From NCBI GenBank assembly GCA_963842945.1, contig CAWJIM010000002.1, positions 297,431-361,430 on the forward strand: a stretch of 64,000 nucleotides of DNA. The letters are read 5' to 3'. This document shows positions 12,752 to 24,387 of the stretch, piece after piece; positions within the stretch are counted from its first letter, which is position 1; every line of letters starts with the position of its first letter. Position numbers and translations under genes: made by a program. Below the pieces are notes generated by a model that was not told the DNA's origin, did no database searches, and worked only from the letters and a program-made list of their open reading frames with translations. The DNA is from an uncultured Gemmatimonadales bacterium (lineage in GTDB: Bacteria; Gemmatimonadota; Gemmatimonadetes; Gemmatimonadales; GWC2-71-9).

Positions 12752-14156
12752 TCAAGCCTCGTCGGCAGTGGACGGCGCTTCCCGCGGCGCCGGGTCATAG
12801 CCGGGGCGCCCCATGGCCGCATAGGTCAGGCGCTTCCCCAGCTCGACGCCGGGCTGATCGAACGGGTCGATGCCGTACCATGCGCCCGCGTATCCGGTGG
12901 CGAGCTGAAAGAACATGATCGTCTCGCCCATGGTGGCCGCGCCAAGATCGGGAAGGCGGAGGGTGCAGCTCATCCGCCCCATCTGCGCCAGCGCCGCGGA
13001 GGTGGCCTCGTACTCGGCCCGAAGCAGCTCTCCCAGCGTGTGTCCCGGCAGGTACGCCAGGTCGGGCGGCAAAGCCGGCGCGGCCGCCGGCGGCGGAGCG
13101 CCCGGGAATTCTCACATCCACCCCGAAGTTCTCCACGGTCATGAAGGTGATCGCCTTGTCGTAGGGCCCTTCCATGAACAGCTGCACCTGGCTGTGCTGA
13201 TCGGTGGCGCCCACCGCGCCGACCGGCGTGGGGCCGACATGCACCGTCTTTCCTTCCCGGTCCGCTCGCTTGCCCAGGCTCTCGGCCCAGAGCTGCCGGT
13301 ACCACTCCGCCAACTCGCGCAGACCGGTCGGTATACGGCATGAGCACGTGGACACGAGCTCCATGACTTACGTCGGCCTCATGGTGGAGAGCGGCATAGA
13401 GCGCAGCCGGGTTCGCGGAAGAGGTCGTCCTCCTCGGCCCGCTCCAGCGCGAGCCGAGCGCCCTGCGAGCAAACCTTCGACGTCGATACCCACCAGAGCG
13501 GCGGGAAGCAGCCCCACCGGCGAAAGGACGCTGAATCGTCCGCCCACATCAGGCGGCACGTCGAGCGTGGCGATATGATCGCGCTGAGCCAACTCTCGCA
13601 GGGCACCGCGGCTGGGGTCGGTGGTGAAGACCAGATGCCGTTAGGCCGCGGCGCCGAGCGCCTTCTCCAGCCAGGCGCGTACCACGAGATACTGCGCCAT
13701 CGTCTCCGCGGTGCCGCCTGACTTGCTGATGACGTTGACCAGAACCCGGCGAGGATCGATCCGATCCAGCGCCGCGGCGACGGAGGTCGGGTCGACATTC
13801 TCCAGCACCGTGAGCCGGGGAAAGAACTCCCGTGCCTCATCGTCCAGCTCATTCCAGGCCGGGGGGCGAAGCGCATTCAACAGAGCCTTGGTGCCGAGAG
13901 CCGATCCGCCGATGCCCAGCACCAGTACGTGATCGTGCGCCTGACCCAGACCCTCGGCAAAGCTTCTGATCTGCCCGGACCGTCGGGCCCTGCTCCACCA
14001 GCTTGTAGAACCCGTACTCCCCGGCCGCGCGCCGGCGGCGCACTTCAGCCTGCACCGGAGGAAAGGCTGCCGAGAGCTTTTGCAGTCGGGCCCGGTTCAG
14101 CCCGTGCTCCCGTCCAGATTTTCCTGCAGCATTCGCCCGTACAGCAACTTGATCAC
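12752..14156 (-). CDS. pgi: Glucose-6-phosphate isomerase (frameshifted)
   Basis: [56 protein letters not shown]. Confidence 0.95.
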
Positions 14157-14935
14157 GCCACCTCCACCGTCAGTCCGTCGTAGGCGGGAAAGATTCCCTC
14201 GGGCAATCTGCTCTCCAGATCCGAATGCCCGGTTTCATGAGTCAGATGGGTAAGGTAGGTCCGGCGCGCCCCCAGCTCCCGCGCGGTGGTCGATCGCCTC
14301 GGAGATGCTGAGGTGAGTAGGATGGGGCCGCCACCACAGCGCATTCAGCACCAGCACATCCAGGCCCCGGAGCCGTTCACGTTCTGCTGGAGGTATCTCC
14401 TTGATGTCGGTGATGTAGGCCAAGTTACCGAATCGGTACCCGAACACGCGCAGGTGCCCGTGCTGAAACGCCAAAGGAAGCGTATCGACTCCGGCGATGC
14501 TGACGACCTCTCCGGGCGTCGACGGGATGCAGGGTGAGCCGCGGTTTGGAGGTGCCCTCGTAAGGCGCGCACCGAGTCATCGAAGATGTAGTTGAACGAT
14601 GAGCGCAGCCGATCCAGCGTCTCTTCAGGACCGAATAGATCGGGAGCGGCTTTCGTTGCCGGACCGAGAAAATCCGGAGGTCGTCGATGCCGTTGACGTG
14701 GTCGGCGTGCTCGTGGGTGTAGAGCACGGCATCGACATGGGAGAGACCGACGGTGATCAGCTGGAGCCGAAGCTCAGGCGGGGTGTCGATCAGAATGGTC
14801 GCTCCGGCATCTTGGAGCACGGCGCCAGAGCGAGGTGCGCCTGTCGCGCGGATCGGTCGAGTGGCACACGGCGCAGTCGCAGCCGATCTGGGGCACGCCG
14901 AACGACGTGCCGGTACCGAGAAACGTCAAACGCAT
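14153..14935 (-). CDS. MBL-fold hydrolase, PhnP/YycJ-like (frameshifted)
   Basis: [40 protein letters not shown]. Confidence 0.88.
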
Positions 14936-14938
14936 CCG

Positions 14939-16402
14939 CTACACGGCTTCGACTTTGAGGAGGTTCGTCGTGCCCGGCATGTCGAAGGGAACTCCCGCAG
15001 TCACCACCAGCCGCTCCCCGGGCTGCGCCAGCTGGCGGTCCAGGATCTGCTGCCGGGCTGCCTTGAGCATTGTGTCGTAGTCGTTGGAGTGCGCGGTGAG
15101 CACCGGGGTTACTCCCCAGACCAGCGCGAGCTGCCGAAAGGTCTCTGGCTCCGGCGTGCAGGCGAATACTGGCACCGTGGGCCGGCAGGTGGCCACCTTT
15201 CGGGCCGTGAAACCGCTGCTCGTAAAGCAGACGATCAGCGGGGCTGAGAGCATCTCTGCGGCCGCACAGACCGCTACGGCAATGGCATCTTCGGTCCGGA
15301 TTGGCCCGCCGGGAGCCGACTGGTGGTGCCGGAGCGCTCCCTGCTCGGCTGAGCGCCGGCCCAGCGCCGCATCGATGCTGGCTCCCCGTGACTGGCGTTG
15401 ACTCTCCATCTCACGGGCGATGCGGTCCATAGCCTGTACCGCCTCCAACGGATAATCGCCCACCGCCGTTTCGGCTGACAGCATCACCGCGTCGGTGCCA
15501 TCCAGAATGGCGTTCGCTACGTCCGATGTCTCTGCTCGTGTGGGCCGCGGGGCATGCACCATCGACTCGAGCATCTGCGTGGCGGTAATGACCGGCTTTC
15601 CATGCAGGCTCGCCTCGCGAATGATCTGCTTCTGCATCAGGGGCACTTCCTCGAAGGGCAATTCGACGCCCAGATCGCCCCGGGCCACCATGATCGCATC
15701 CGAGCTGTCCAGAATCCCGCACAGGTTGGTGATCGCGGTGTCCTTCTCGATCTTGGCAACCAGCTTTACCCCGCGGGGCACCAGACTGCGAAGCTGCTCG
15801 ATGTCCTCCTGGCGTCGCACGAACGAAAGCGCGATGTAATCGACCCCCAGCGAGCCGGCCTGCTGCACATCCTCGATGTCCTTTTCGGTCAAGGCCGGGG
15901 CGCTCACCTCGATACCCGGAAGGTTCATCCCCTTGTGGGCTTTGAGCTCACCGCCGTAGTGAACCACTGCCTCCACCCTCTGCTCCTGTACGCCTCTCAC
16001 CTCCAGCGCTAGAAGTCCATCGTCCAGCAGTATGCGGGCGCCGATCCGCACGTCGCGAGCGAGATCATTGTAGGTCGTGGGGATCTCGCCAGGCTGGGCG
16101 ATGTCCTCAGGAGCAAACACTACCTTCTGTCCTGGCTCGAGCCGAGTCGGTTTGGAGAGATCGCCGATCCGGATGCGGGGGCCTTGCAGGTCGAGCAACA
16201 CGGCTGCGGCTTCGCGCCTTCCCTGGAGGACTCCGCGTAGCTCGTGGATCCAACGGGCACGCGTCTCCGGCGTGCCATGCGAGGCGTTGATCCGCACCAC
16301 GTCTACCCCTGCATCCAGGAGGGAAGTCATCTTCGGCGGGGTGTCCCAGGCGGGGCCAAGCGTAGCAACGATCTTGGTTCTACGGAGTGAGGTGCGCGGC
16401 AT
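14939..16402 (-). CDS. pyk: Pyruvate kinase
   Basis: TKIVATLGP, DLQGPRIR, MVARGDLGVE, ATQMLESM; intact. Confidence 0.98.
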   Translation of the reverse strand: MPRTSLRRTKIVATLGPAWDTPPKMTSLLDAGVDVVRINASHGTPETRARWIHELRGVLQGRREAAAVLLDLQGPRIRIGDLSKPTRLEPGQKVVFAPEDIAQPGEIPTTYNDLARDVRIGARILLDDGLLALEVRGVQEQRVEAVVHYGGELKAHKGMNLPGIEVSAPALTEKDIEDVQQAGSLGVDYIALSFVRRQEDIEQLRSLVPRGVKLVAKIEKDTAITNLCGILDSSDAIMVARGDLGVELPFEEVPLMQKQIIREASLHGKPVITATQMLESMVHAPRPTRAETSDVANAILDGTDAVMLSAETAVGDYPLEAVQAMDRIAREMESQRQSRGASIDAALGRRSAEQGALRHHQSAPGGPIRTEDAIAVAVCAAAEMLSAPLIVCFTSSGFTARKVATCRPTVPVFACTPEPETFRQLALVWGVTPVLTAHSNDYDTMLKAARQQILDRQLAQPGERLVVTAGVPFDMPGTTNLLKVEAV

Positions 16403-16835
16403 GGCAGGAGTCTAATGCACACCAGTCATACCCGCATCACGAGGGCAGCCTTTGGGGTGGTCCGGGGGCCCTGCAGAGCCATCTCAGCCAATTTCCACAT
16501 GTGGAAAAGCCCAGGAAGTGAATATCTTATCTGCGTGTAAAACCTCAGAATTTGCTTGATCCGTCGGTCACCACCTGGTCTGGATCACGCGTCTAACTTC
16601 TTCCAGAGTCGACAATTAGCGCGACAGGTTAAACTAGCAGGTGCGAATGGCGACAGTGTCGTCTCGGCCCAATTATTTATGCAGACATTCTAATTATGAA
16701 CACTTTCGACATGGCCTTTTGGCTGGAACCGAAGTAAGGCTGGAAAGAGGTCGGAAAAGGGGCGGCCGCGGCGAGAGGCGGAAGGCCGGAGAGCGGCGGA
16801 GCGAGGGCGAGGGCGAGGGCGCTACTACGATCGGC

Positions 16836-17653
16836 TCATCGCAAAAATTTGAGCTCGCCTGCCCCGCCGCGGTAAAGCGGGCCGACGAAGCGGATCGGCG
16901 ACCCCTTCAACCACTTTGTGAGGTCGCCCTTCCCTTGCACGGTGAGGGACCCCACGAGTGACCGGGTCCATATCGGACGGCAAGTGAATCGAACCGACCA
17001 GGGACCGGTGCGAGTGCCGGGAACGGTCCAGGATTCCTCGATCGGGTGGTCGACTCTGGTACTGTCACCGGCGGGGCGCCCCCGCCAAATCAGTGAAGTC
17101 CGCTCCAGCTTGATCGTGTGTACATCGGTGCCAGTATCGGCGCTGTCAACCACCGATAGGTGAGCTTCCCGCAACCGCACCCCAGCGGCTTCGGCGGCGC
17201 GAATCAGATTGCTCCGAGCCGAGTAGATACCCAACACCGCATCCCGCCGGCTCCCTGACGACCCTTCCTGGGTCGGCAGCGTCCACACCGCAAGCATCTG
17301 CGGGTTTCGTGGGTTCTTTTCCGCCACCCGCCGGGTGCCCACCTGGACCGCATCGGCAAAGTAGAAGCAGACGTTGGAGGCAGACCAGCCGGCAAACTCG
17401 GGCTGATAGCGGATCAACTCGTGAATGGAGCGATGAAGCTGTGGGATCCTGACTGGCTGGAATCGGGCGGAAGCCGGACTTGACCTCTTTAGCCGCCGCG
17501 CGCGGCTCGACCAGAAAGCGTACGCAATAAGCCTTCTCTCAAACCTTGCAGGCTCCAGGCCTGCGCCTCCTTTTCCTCGGTGGGATGCTGTGCCCGTAGC
17601 ACCGCGGGTACACAGCAAGCGACAGCCACGCCAATGGCGAGGGGCTTCAACAT
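16836..17653 (-). CDS. Exported hypothetical protein (frameshifted near 5' end)
   Basis: AGGA + ATG at 17653 gives signal-like MLKPLAIGVAVACCVPAVLRAQ; continues into ORF ending 16836. Confidence 0.6.
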
Positions 17654-17680
17654 ACGTCCTCAGGGGAATTGAAGGCGCGC

Positions 17681-18274
17681 TCAGGTTCCGCGGGTACTGC
17701 TTTTCACTGCTGCGCGCAGCTCGGCGAAGTCGCTGGAATTCAGCGCATTGAAGTTCATGTTCCGAAACTTGACCCGGCCATCCGGCCCCACGACATACAC
17801 GGTACGCCGATTATATCCCTCAGGATCCTTGCTGGCATACTGCTTGGATACCCGCTGCTCCGGATCACTCAGCAGCCGGAACGGAAGGCCCAGACTGGCC
17901 GCGAAGCGGTTGTGGGTGGTTACGGAATCCGCGCTGATCCCGACCACAACCACATTGGGCCCGAACAGGCTGTCGTACTGCTCGGCGAAGGTGCGCATCT
18001 GGGCGGTACAGCTCTTGGTGAAGTCGCGCGGGTAGAAAGCAACCACCACGGTCTTACCCCGGTCACTCGCGAGCTGATAGGGAGATTCCACCGGACCCAC
18101 CCCGTCCCGATTGGCCCAGGGCAGCGAGAAATCCGGCGCGCGCTGGCCCACGTCCGGTCCACTCTGGAGAACGGCCTTGACCGTACCCGGTTGGTTCTGA
18201 GCGCGGGCGGCGGGTACCCTGGCCAGGCCGGCCAGGCCGATGAATGCCAGTAAAAGGTGAGAAACGCGCATCAT
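17681..18274 (-). CDS. Exported BCP/PrxQ-type peroxiredoxin
   Basis: Signal peptide (ARA-Q), APDFSLP, FYPRDFTKSC (PxxxTxxC), VGISAD. Confidence 0.88.
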   Translation of the reverse strand: MMRVSHLLLAFIGLAGLARVPAARAQNQPGTVKAVLQSGPDVGQRAPDFSLPWANRDGVGPVESPYQLASDRGKTVVVAFYPRDFTKSCTAQMRTFAEQYDSLFGPNVVVVGISADSVTTHNRFAASLGLPFRLLSDPEQRVSKQYASKDPEGYNRRTVYVVGPDGRVKFRNMNFNALNSSDFAELRAAVKSSTRGT

Positions 18275-18292
18275 TCAATCCTTGCTGAGAGT

Positions 18293-18793
18293 TCAGTCCT
18301 GAGTAACCCGGCGTAGGACACCATCCAGGTCCTGAGTGCCGCCGGTGCCGGTGTACGCCACCTTCCCCGCCCGATCGACCACCACCACGTAGGACGTGGT
18401 GGGGACCTTGTAGGCTCGGATGCTGGTGCCTTGATCATCGTAGAGCGTGCGGAAGCCGGGCTGGTGCGAGTCCACGTACTTGCGAACCCGGTCAGGGGAC
18501 TGATTGACGGTCACGTTGACCCCGATGAACTCGACTTTCGAGCCATAAGCCGCCTGGGCCGCTCGAACTCGCGGAAGCAGCTCTTCGCAAAGCTCACACC
18601 ATGTGGCCCAGAACTCGAGCAGCACGGGCTGTTTTCCGATGTACCGGCCGAGGTCGACTGGCTTTCCCTCGAGATCGTTCACAATGACCGCCGGCGCCTT
18701 GCTCCCCACGGGGATGCCGGACTCCTGAGCAGCGAGCCGGCCCCCGCCCAGAAGGAGCAGCGCAACGGCCGAGGCCCGCAGGAGAGTCTTCAT
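18293..18793 (-). CDS. Exported TlpA-family thiol-disulfide reductase
   Basis: Signal peptide, EFWATWCELC. Confidence 0.9.
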   Translation of the reverse strand: MKTLLRASAVALLLLGGGRLAAQESGIPVGSKAPAVIVNDLEGKPVDLGRYIGKQPVLLEFWATWCELCEELLPRVRAAQAAYGSKVEFIGVNVTVNQSPDRVRKYVDSHQPGFRTLYDDQGTSIRAYKVPTTSYVVVVDRAGKVAYTGTGGTQDLDGVLRRVTQD

Positions 18794-19489
18794 AGTACTG
18801 TCCCCGCTCTTACGAAGTAGTATTCCGCCATTCCCAACAGCAATATGCCGCCGACTCGCTTCACGGTCAGGGTCCACCGGCCCGCCTGGGGCATGGCTGC
18901 CAGGACTCCGCTGAATAGTCCGACCGCAACCAGGAGAGCGGTCAGGCCCAGGGAGAATACGAACAGGTAGAGAAACCCCAACCAGGCGCTTCCGGTGGTA
19001 CTGACGAATGTAAGAACGGCGGCGAATGCGGGAGCGCCGCAGGGGGCGGCCACCAGCCCCGAGGTGGCGCCCAGAGCGAACACGCCGGCCACCGAATTGC
19101 CGCCGATACGGCCGGCCCAGGCGGCAACCCGAGCTGGGGACGCCGAAGTAAAGACGTCCAACAGGCCCAGGCCAAACACGAGCAGCAGATTGCCCATGAT
19201 CAGGAGGGCCCAGGGACTCGAGCTGACACTGCCGAACAGGGTGCCGGAGAGACCCGCCAGCAGCCCGAGCACGGAGTACACCAGGGCCAAGCCCAGGACG
19301 TACACCAGCGTGAGCGCCAGCGTGCGCCCACGCGAGCGTTCAACTGCACCCGACTCCGCCCAGAATGCCGGCGGTAATGGGAATCATCGGGTACACGCAG
19401 GGGGTAAGACTGGTGGCCAGGCCGGCGACGAACAGGGCGAGACTTGCAGCCAGCGGCTGATCGCGGAGGGCTGCTTCGAGACCGATCAG
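18790..19489 (-). CDS. DsbD-beta/CcdA-type membrane electron transporter (start approximate, frameshifted)
   Basis: [13 protein letters not shown] and LVAAPCGAP catalytic Cys motifs. Confidence 0.88.
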
Positions 19490-20720
19490 ACCCGCTCCGC
19501 GGCTCCGACGCCGTAGTGGGAGGAGACATACTCCTCGAGAATCTCCAGAAACTCGGCTACGATGTCGTCACCGCGCAGCGTCACCAGAAGACGCCCGTCG
19601 ACGTATACCGGAGCCTTGGGGTCCTCGAAGGTGCCCGGGAGCGAGATCCCGATGTTGGCGTGCTTCGATTCACCAGGCCCGTTCACCACGCAGCCCATGA
19701 CCGCGACTTTCATCTCTTCGACGCCGGGATGCTCACTGCGCCACACCGGCATCTTCACCCGCAGATAGTCCTGAATGTCCTGCGCCATCTGCTGAAAGAA
19801 GGTGCTGGTGGTCCGGCCGCAGCCGGGACAGGCGGTGACCTGCGGAGTGAAGCTGCGAAGGCCCAGCGATTGAAGAATCTGCTGCGCGATCCGGACCTCT
19901 TCGGTGCGGTCCCCTCCGGGCTGCGGGCGTCAGCGACACCCGGATGGTGTCGCCGATTCCTTCCTGCAGGAGAATGCTGAGTCCCGCGGTGCTGGCAATG
20001 ATCCCCTTGGCGCCGAGCCCAGCCTCGGTCAATCCGAGATGGAGCGGAAAGTCACATCGGGCAGGCGAGCATGCGATACACGTCGACCAGATCTTGCACC
20101 CCGGAGACCTTGGCGCTGAGGACGATGCGATCGTGGCCCAGGCCCGTTGCCTCGGCAAGCGCCGCCGACTGGAGGGCACTCTCCACCATCGCCTCCATGA
20201 CGACCAACCGGGTATCGCGCGGGGCCGGACCCCGTGCGTTGGCGTCCATCATTGCCGTCAGCAGCGTCTGGTCGAGGGAGCCCCAATTCACGCCGATCCG
20301 GACCGGCTTGTCATACGTCAGCGCAACCTCGATGATGGACCGGAAGTTTTCGTCCCGCCGCTTCCCTCCCACGTTTCCCGGATTGATCCGATACTTGGCC
20401 AGGGCCCGGGCGCATTCCGGATACTTGGTGAGGAGCTGATGGCCGTTGTAGTGGAAGTCGCCGATGATGGGAACGCTCAGATCCATCCGCGCCAGCGCGT
20501 CGACCACGCCGGGCACCGCCTGCGCCGAAGCCTCATTGTTGACCGTGACTCGAACCAGCTCGCTTCCCGCCCGCGCCAGCTCGGCAATCTGCCCGGCCGT
20601 GGCGGCGACATCGGCGGTGTCGGTGTTGGTCATCGACTGGACCACGATCGGATGAGCGGATCCAATCGAGACGCCGCCGACGTTGGTGGTAACGGTGCTC
20701 CGGCGAGTGACGAAGGGCAT
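19486..20720 (-). CDS. ispG: HMBPP synthase IspG (frameshifted)
   Basis: [49 protein letters not shown]. Confidence 0.96.
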
Positions 20721-20773
20721 AGTGGAAATATAAGACGCTTGCGGTCGGTTCGCGGTCACGCAGAGATTCGGAC

Positions 20774-21778
20774 ATGCTAGAACGGCACTCCGACCCGCGC
20801 CGAGCCGCGATTACCGGCGTTGCGATCTATGTGCCGCAACGAGTACTGACCAACGCGGAGCTGGCGCAGAGTCTCGATACTTCCGACGAGTGGATCATCA
20901 CCCGCACCGGTATCCGCGAGCGCCGAATCGGAGCTCCGGGCGAGACGACCTCCACGATGGGAGCCGAAGCCGTTCGCCGGCTCATGGCCGATCGCAAGCT
21001 GGAACCGGGGGACATCGACGCCATCATCGTGGCGACCGTCACCCCCGACATGCTCTTCCCCGCAACTGCCTGTCTCATCCAGGATCAGCTCGGCCTCACC
21101 CGGGCCTGGGGCTTCGATCTTTCGGCCGCCTGTTCCGGCTTCCTCTACGCACTGACGGCCGGGGCGCAGCTGGTCGCCAGCGGCGCGCATCAGCGGGTCG
21201 TTGTAGTCGGCGCGGATCTCATGAGCTCGATCATCGATCCACTGGACCGCACCACGGCGGTCCTCTTCGGCGACGGAGCAGGTGCGGTGCTGCTGGAACC
21301 CGCCGAACCGGCTTTCGGGATCATGGATTTCCATCACCGGGTGGATGGCAGCGGGCGTGACGACCTGCTCATGCCGGCCGGCGGGTCGCTGCACCCGCCC
21401 AGCGTCGAGACGGTTACCGGGCGCCAGCACTTCCTCAAACAGAACGGCAAGGTGGTGTTCAAGTTTGCCGTTTCCCAGATGGTGGAGAGCGTGCAGGTAG
21501 TCCTGCAGCGCAACGGCCTCACTCCGGCCGATGTGGCGCTCCTGGTTCCTCACCAGGCCAACCAGAGGATTCTGGATGCCGTGGGCGAGCGTCTTGGGCT
21601 GCCGCCCGAGAGAGTCGCGTCAGTCCTGGCCTGTTATGGCAATACCACGGGCGCGACGCTTCCTCTGGCGCTGGATGCTGCGGTCAGAAATGGCAAGCTC
21701 AAGCGGGGCGACCTGATGGTGTTCGCCGCGGTGGGCGCTGGTTTTACCACCGGAGCAACGCTGGTGCGCTGGGCCTGA
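20774..21778 (+). CDS. fabH: 3-oxoacyl-ACP synthase III
   Basis: [28 protein letters not shown]. Confidence 0.93.
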   Translation: MLERHSDPRRAAITGVAIYVPQRVLTNAELAQSLDTSDEWIITRTGIRERRIGAPGETTSTMGAEAVRRLMADRKLEPGDIDAIIVATVTPDMLFPATACLIQDQLGLTRAWGFDLSAACSGFLYALTAGAQLVASGAHQRVVVVGADLMSSIIDPLDRTTAVLFGDGAGAVLLEPAEPAFGIMDFHHRVDGSGRDDLLMPAGGSLHPPSVETVTGRQHFLKQNGKVVFKFAVSQMVESVQVVLQRNGLTPADVALLVPHQANQRILDAVGERLGLPPERVASVLACYGNTTGATLPLALDAAVRNGKLKRGDLMVFAAVGAGFTTGATLVRWA

Positions 21779-22658
21779 TCAGGCCCGGGAGAACTCTGCA
21801 GTAGTGATCGCCGAGAGGTCGGCCGCGGAAAGGGTGATGTTGGCCGCAGTGGTGCTGTCGACCGCGTGCTCCACGGTGCGGGCGCTGGGAATCACGATTA
21901 CGGCGGGAGACCTGGCCAACACCCAGGCGAGAACCAGCACGTGAGGCGTGACGCCGAGCCGGCTGGCCATGGGGCGGAGCACCGGATGCGCCGGTAGCTT
22001 GCGGTTAAGTCTCCCGCCCCCAATCGGGCTGTACGCCAGGAAACCGATCCCGTGCTCGGTGCAGTACTGGACCACGCCTTCCTCCAGCGCCTCCCGGAAA
22101 AACGGATTCAGCCGGTTCTGTACGCGAGGTCACCTCGACCAGGCTCTCGGCCTCCTGGATCTCGGAGACTGACACGTTGGACAATCCCACCCAGCGGATC
22201 TTTCCTTCCCGCTGAAGATCGGCAAGAGCTCCCACGCTGTCGGCCAAGGGGACGGAGCGGTCCGGCGTGTGAAGCTGATACAGGTCGATCTGGTCCACCC
22301 CGAGCGCCTGCAGTGAACGCTCGCAGGCTGCTTTGAGCTGCGCCGGCCGCCCCGCCATAACCCAGCGCCCGCCCGGCCGCTCCATGCCACCCTTGGTGGC
22401 AACGAGCACCTGGTCCTTGTTCCCCCGATAGGTTCGCAGAGCCCGGGCGATCAACTCCTCATTATGGCCGATCTCACGATCGTCGAGGCAGTAGACGTCG
22501 GCGGTGTCGATCAGCGTCACGCCGGCGTCGAGGGCGGCATGAATCACCCGAACCCCCTGCTCCTCGGGCGGCCGTTCCTGAATCGACAGGTGCATCCCTC
22601 CGTAGCCGACAGCCGAGACTTGAGGAGCGTTGCGACCGAGCTTGCGCCGCGGAATCAC
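21779..22658 (-). CDS. Aldo/keto reductase (frameshifted)
   Basis: IDTADVY, VATKGG, DLYQLH, VGLSN, LAYSPIGGG. Confidence 0.9.
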
Positions 22659-23399
22659 TGGACGCCGAGCGCCGGCAACAGGAATTGAAGGAGCTCGTCC
22701 CGCACTTCGAAGTAGATGGCCATGGCGTGCGCCGAACCGGGAATGAGCCGCCCGGTAACGTGAGAGAGTCCCTCGGCTCCAGCGGTCGACATTACCTCCC
22801 CCATCGAATGGATCCTCGCGAGAGGAAGCCAGGAAACACGGAACCCTGGTCTGCTCCAGGTTGGCTCGGATCCGATCCGCGGCGTCATCGCTGATGGCAG
22901 GTGCGCCGGCGGCACCCACGGTGGCGACGGCCCGGAGGCCGGGGATTCTGCTCAGCGCCAGCAGGACACCGCTCCCCCCAATGCTGGCACCCACCAACGC
23001 CAGCCGACCGGCATCGATGAAGTTCTGGTTGACCCCCCAGGAAGCGACCCTCAGAATGTCGTTGTCTATGCGGGAGAAGCCTACCTTGCCGGCGCTGCTC
23101 ATGAACGCCCGGCCGAACGCCTCGAGGGTAAGCCCCTCGGGTGTGTCGATCACCAGCGGGCCCTTCAGCGAGATGATGGAGGCGCCATGCCCGCGGAGAT
23201 CGAAGGCCAGGGTGGCCACACCGCTATCGAGCAGATCGGCGATCAGAGGCGCGTAGCTGTCCCGGGTGGCAGGATACTGGTGGGCCAGCACGGCAAGCGG
23301 GAATGCCATGCCTGCGTACTCATCCGGATAGGTTAGAGTGCCCTTCAACACCAGTCCGTCCCCGGCGGGAACGGACATCTCCAGTGGTGCCAGGTTCAC
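22655..23399 (-). CDS. Alpha/beta hydrolase (frameshifted)
   Basis: FDLRGHG, nucleophile elbow GASIGG, SREDPFD, GSAHA. Confidence 0.85.
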
Positions 23400-23668
23400 A
23401 CCAGTCCCAACTGCTTGGTGAGCCGCAGCCAATCGGTGGCAGATATGATCCCCTGATCCTTAAGCGGCGTCAGGGTGCCCAGGATCTCGGCCCGGGACCC
23501 GTCGATCCGCCGCTCCCGCAGCTCGGTGATCATCCGGGAAAATCGATGCTCGTATTCATCGGCGGCCAGCTTGCCCTCCTTCCGCTGGCTGCTGAGTTTC
23601 GTGAGCTCTTCCGCTACACGGGCGGGCGTCACCGGTTTGAGTGCGCCACCCTGCTGGTCTGCCGCCAT
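23396..23668 (-). CDS. Small helical hypothetical protein with two SHOCT-like motifs
   Basis: Intact 90-aa ORF with SD, overlapping next start codon. Confidence 0.7.
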   Translation of the reverse strand: MAADQQGGALKPVTPARVAEELTKLSSQRKEGKLAADEYEHRFSRMITELRERRIDGSRAEILGTLTPLKDQGIISATDWLRLTKQLGLV

Positions 23669-23713
23669 GGATCCCTCTCTTCGAAGCCGTGGTTGATTAC
23701 TCCTATCCCTGCA

Positions 23714-24295
23714 TTATGGCCCTGCCCGGCGCGCGGCGTCCAGAGTGTTGGTCGGATCCGCTCCGCTCCAACTGACGTCGGCAGTGGGACCGTAGGTGGG
23801 AGGTACCCGGTCTTCCAGCAAGCGGAGGCAGATGCCCACCTGGGCACGATGGTGAGCCGTGTGCAGCACCCGCCGCCAGAAAACCCAGATCCGCTGCCGG
23901 GTCACCTCGAAGAACGGAACCTCGCCCAGCCAGAATTTCTCATCGGCGCGGGCGAGGCCCGGAAGCCGAGCGCGGGCCAGCGCCACGACTCGCTCCACGT
24001 AAGCCTGAACCGGAGGGCGATCCCCTGAGGGGAGCAGCGACTCGACTGGAGGCTCCTCCAAGCCGATGAACTCCGCGAAGAACCTGCGTTCGGAAAGGAT
24101 CTGGTGGGTTAGGATCTGCCGGATCGAGCTGCTCCGGGCATGGGGACGAAACTCGAGCTGGTCGTCCCTCAATTCGCTCCAGACCGACCCAAGCTTGTTG
24201 GTCTCTGAGACGTAGGTGTCCGGCAAATGCTGCAGCAGCGGATTTACGGCCCGGGGGACATCGACCGAGGCAATGAATTCACGAGCGTACTCCAT
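23714..24295 (-). CDS. DinB family protein
   Basis: SIRQILTHQ, LHTAHHRAQ, YGP. Confidence 0.85.
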   Translation of the reverse strand: MEYAREFIASVDVPRAVNPLLQHLPDTYVSETNKLGSVWSELRDDQLEFRPHARSSSIRQILTHQILSERRFFAEFIGLEEPPVESLLPSGDRPPVQAYVERVVALARARLPGLARADEKFWLGEVPFFEVTRQRIWVFWRRVLHTAHHRAQVGICLRLLEDRVPPTYGPTADVSWSGADPTNTLDAARRAGP

Positions 24296-24387
24296 GGCCG
24301 CTCCTCCTCAGACAAGCCAACGCCCGCCGGCCTTTCGGCCGACGGGCGCTGTCGTGTCACGGCTTGGCTACTTGTGGATGACCACGA

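Noticed and set aside
16676..16703. dif site (TTATGAACACT resembles a Xer arm)
   Set aside because: The second arm does not fit the 11-6-11 inverted layout
22005..23432. Hydrolase-AKR fusion (475-aa ORF)
   Set aside because: Hydrolase C-terminus and stop are at 22655 in another frame, overlapping the AKR GTG
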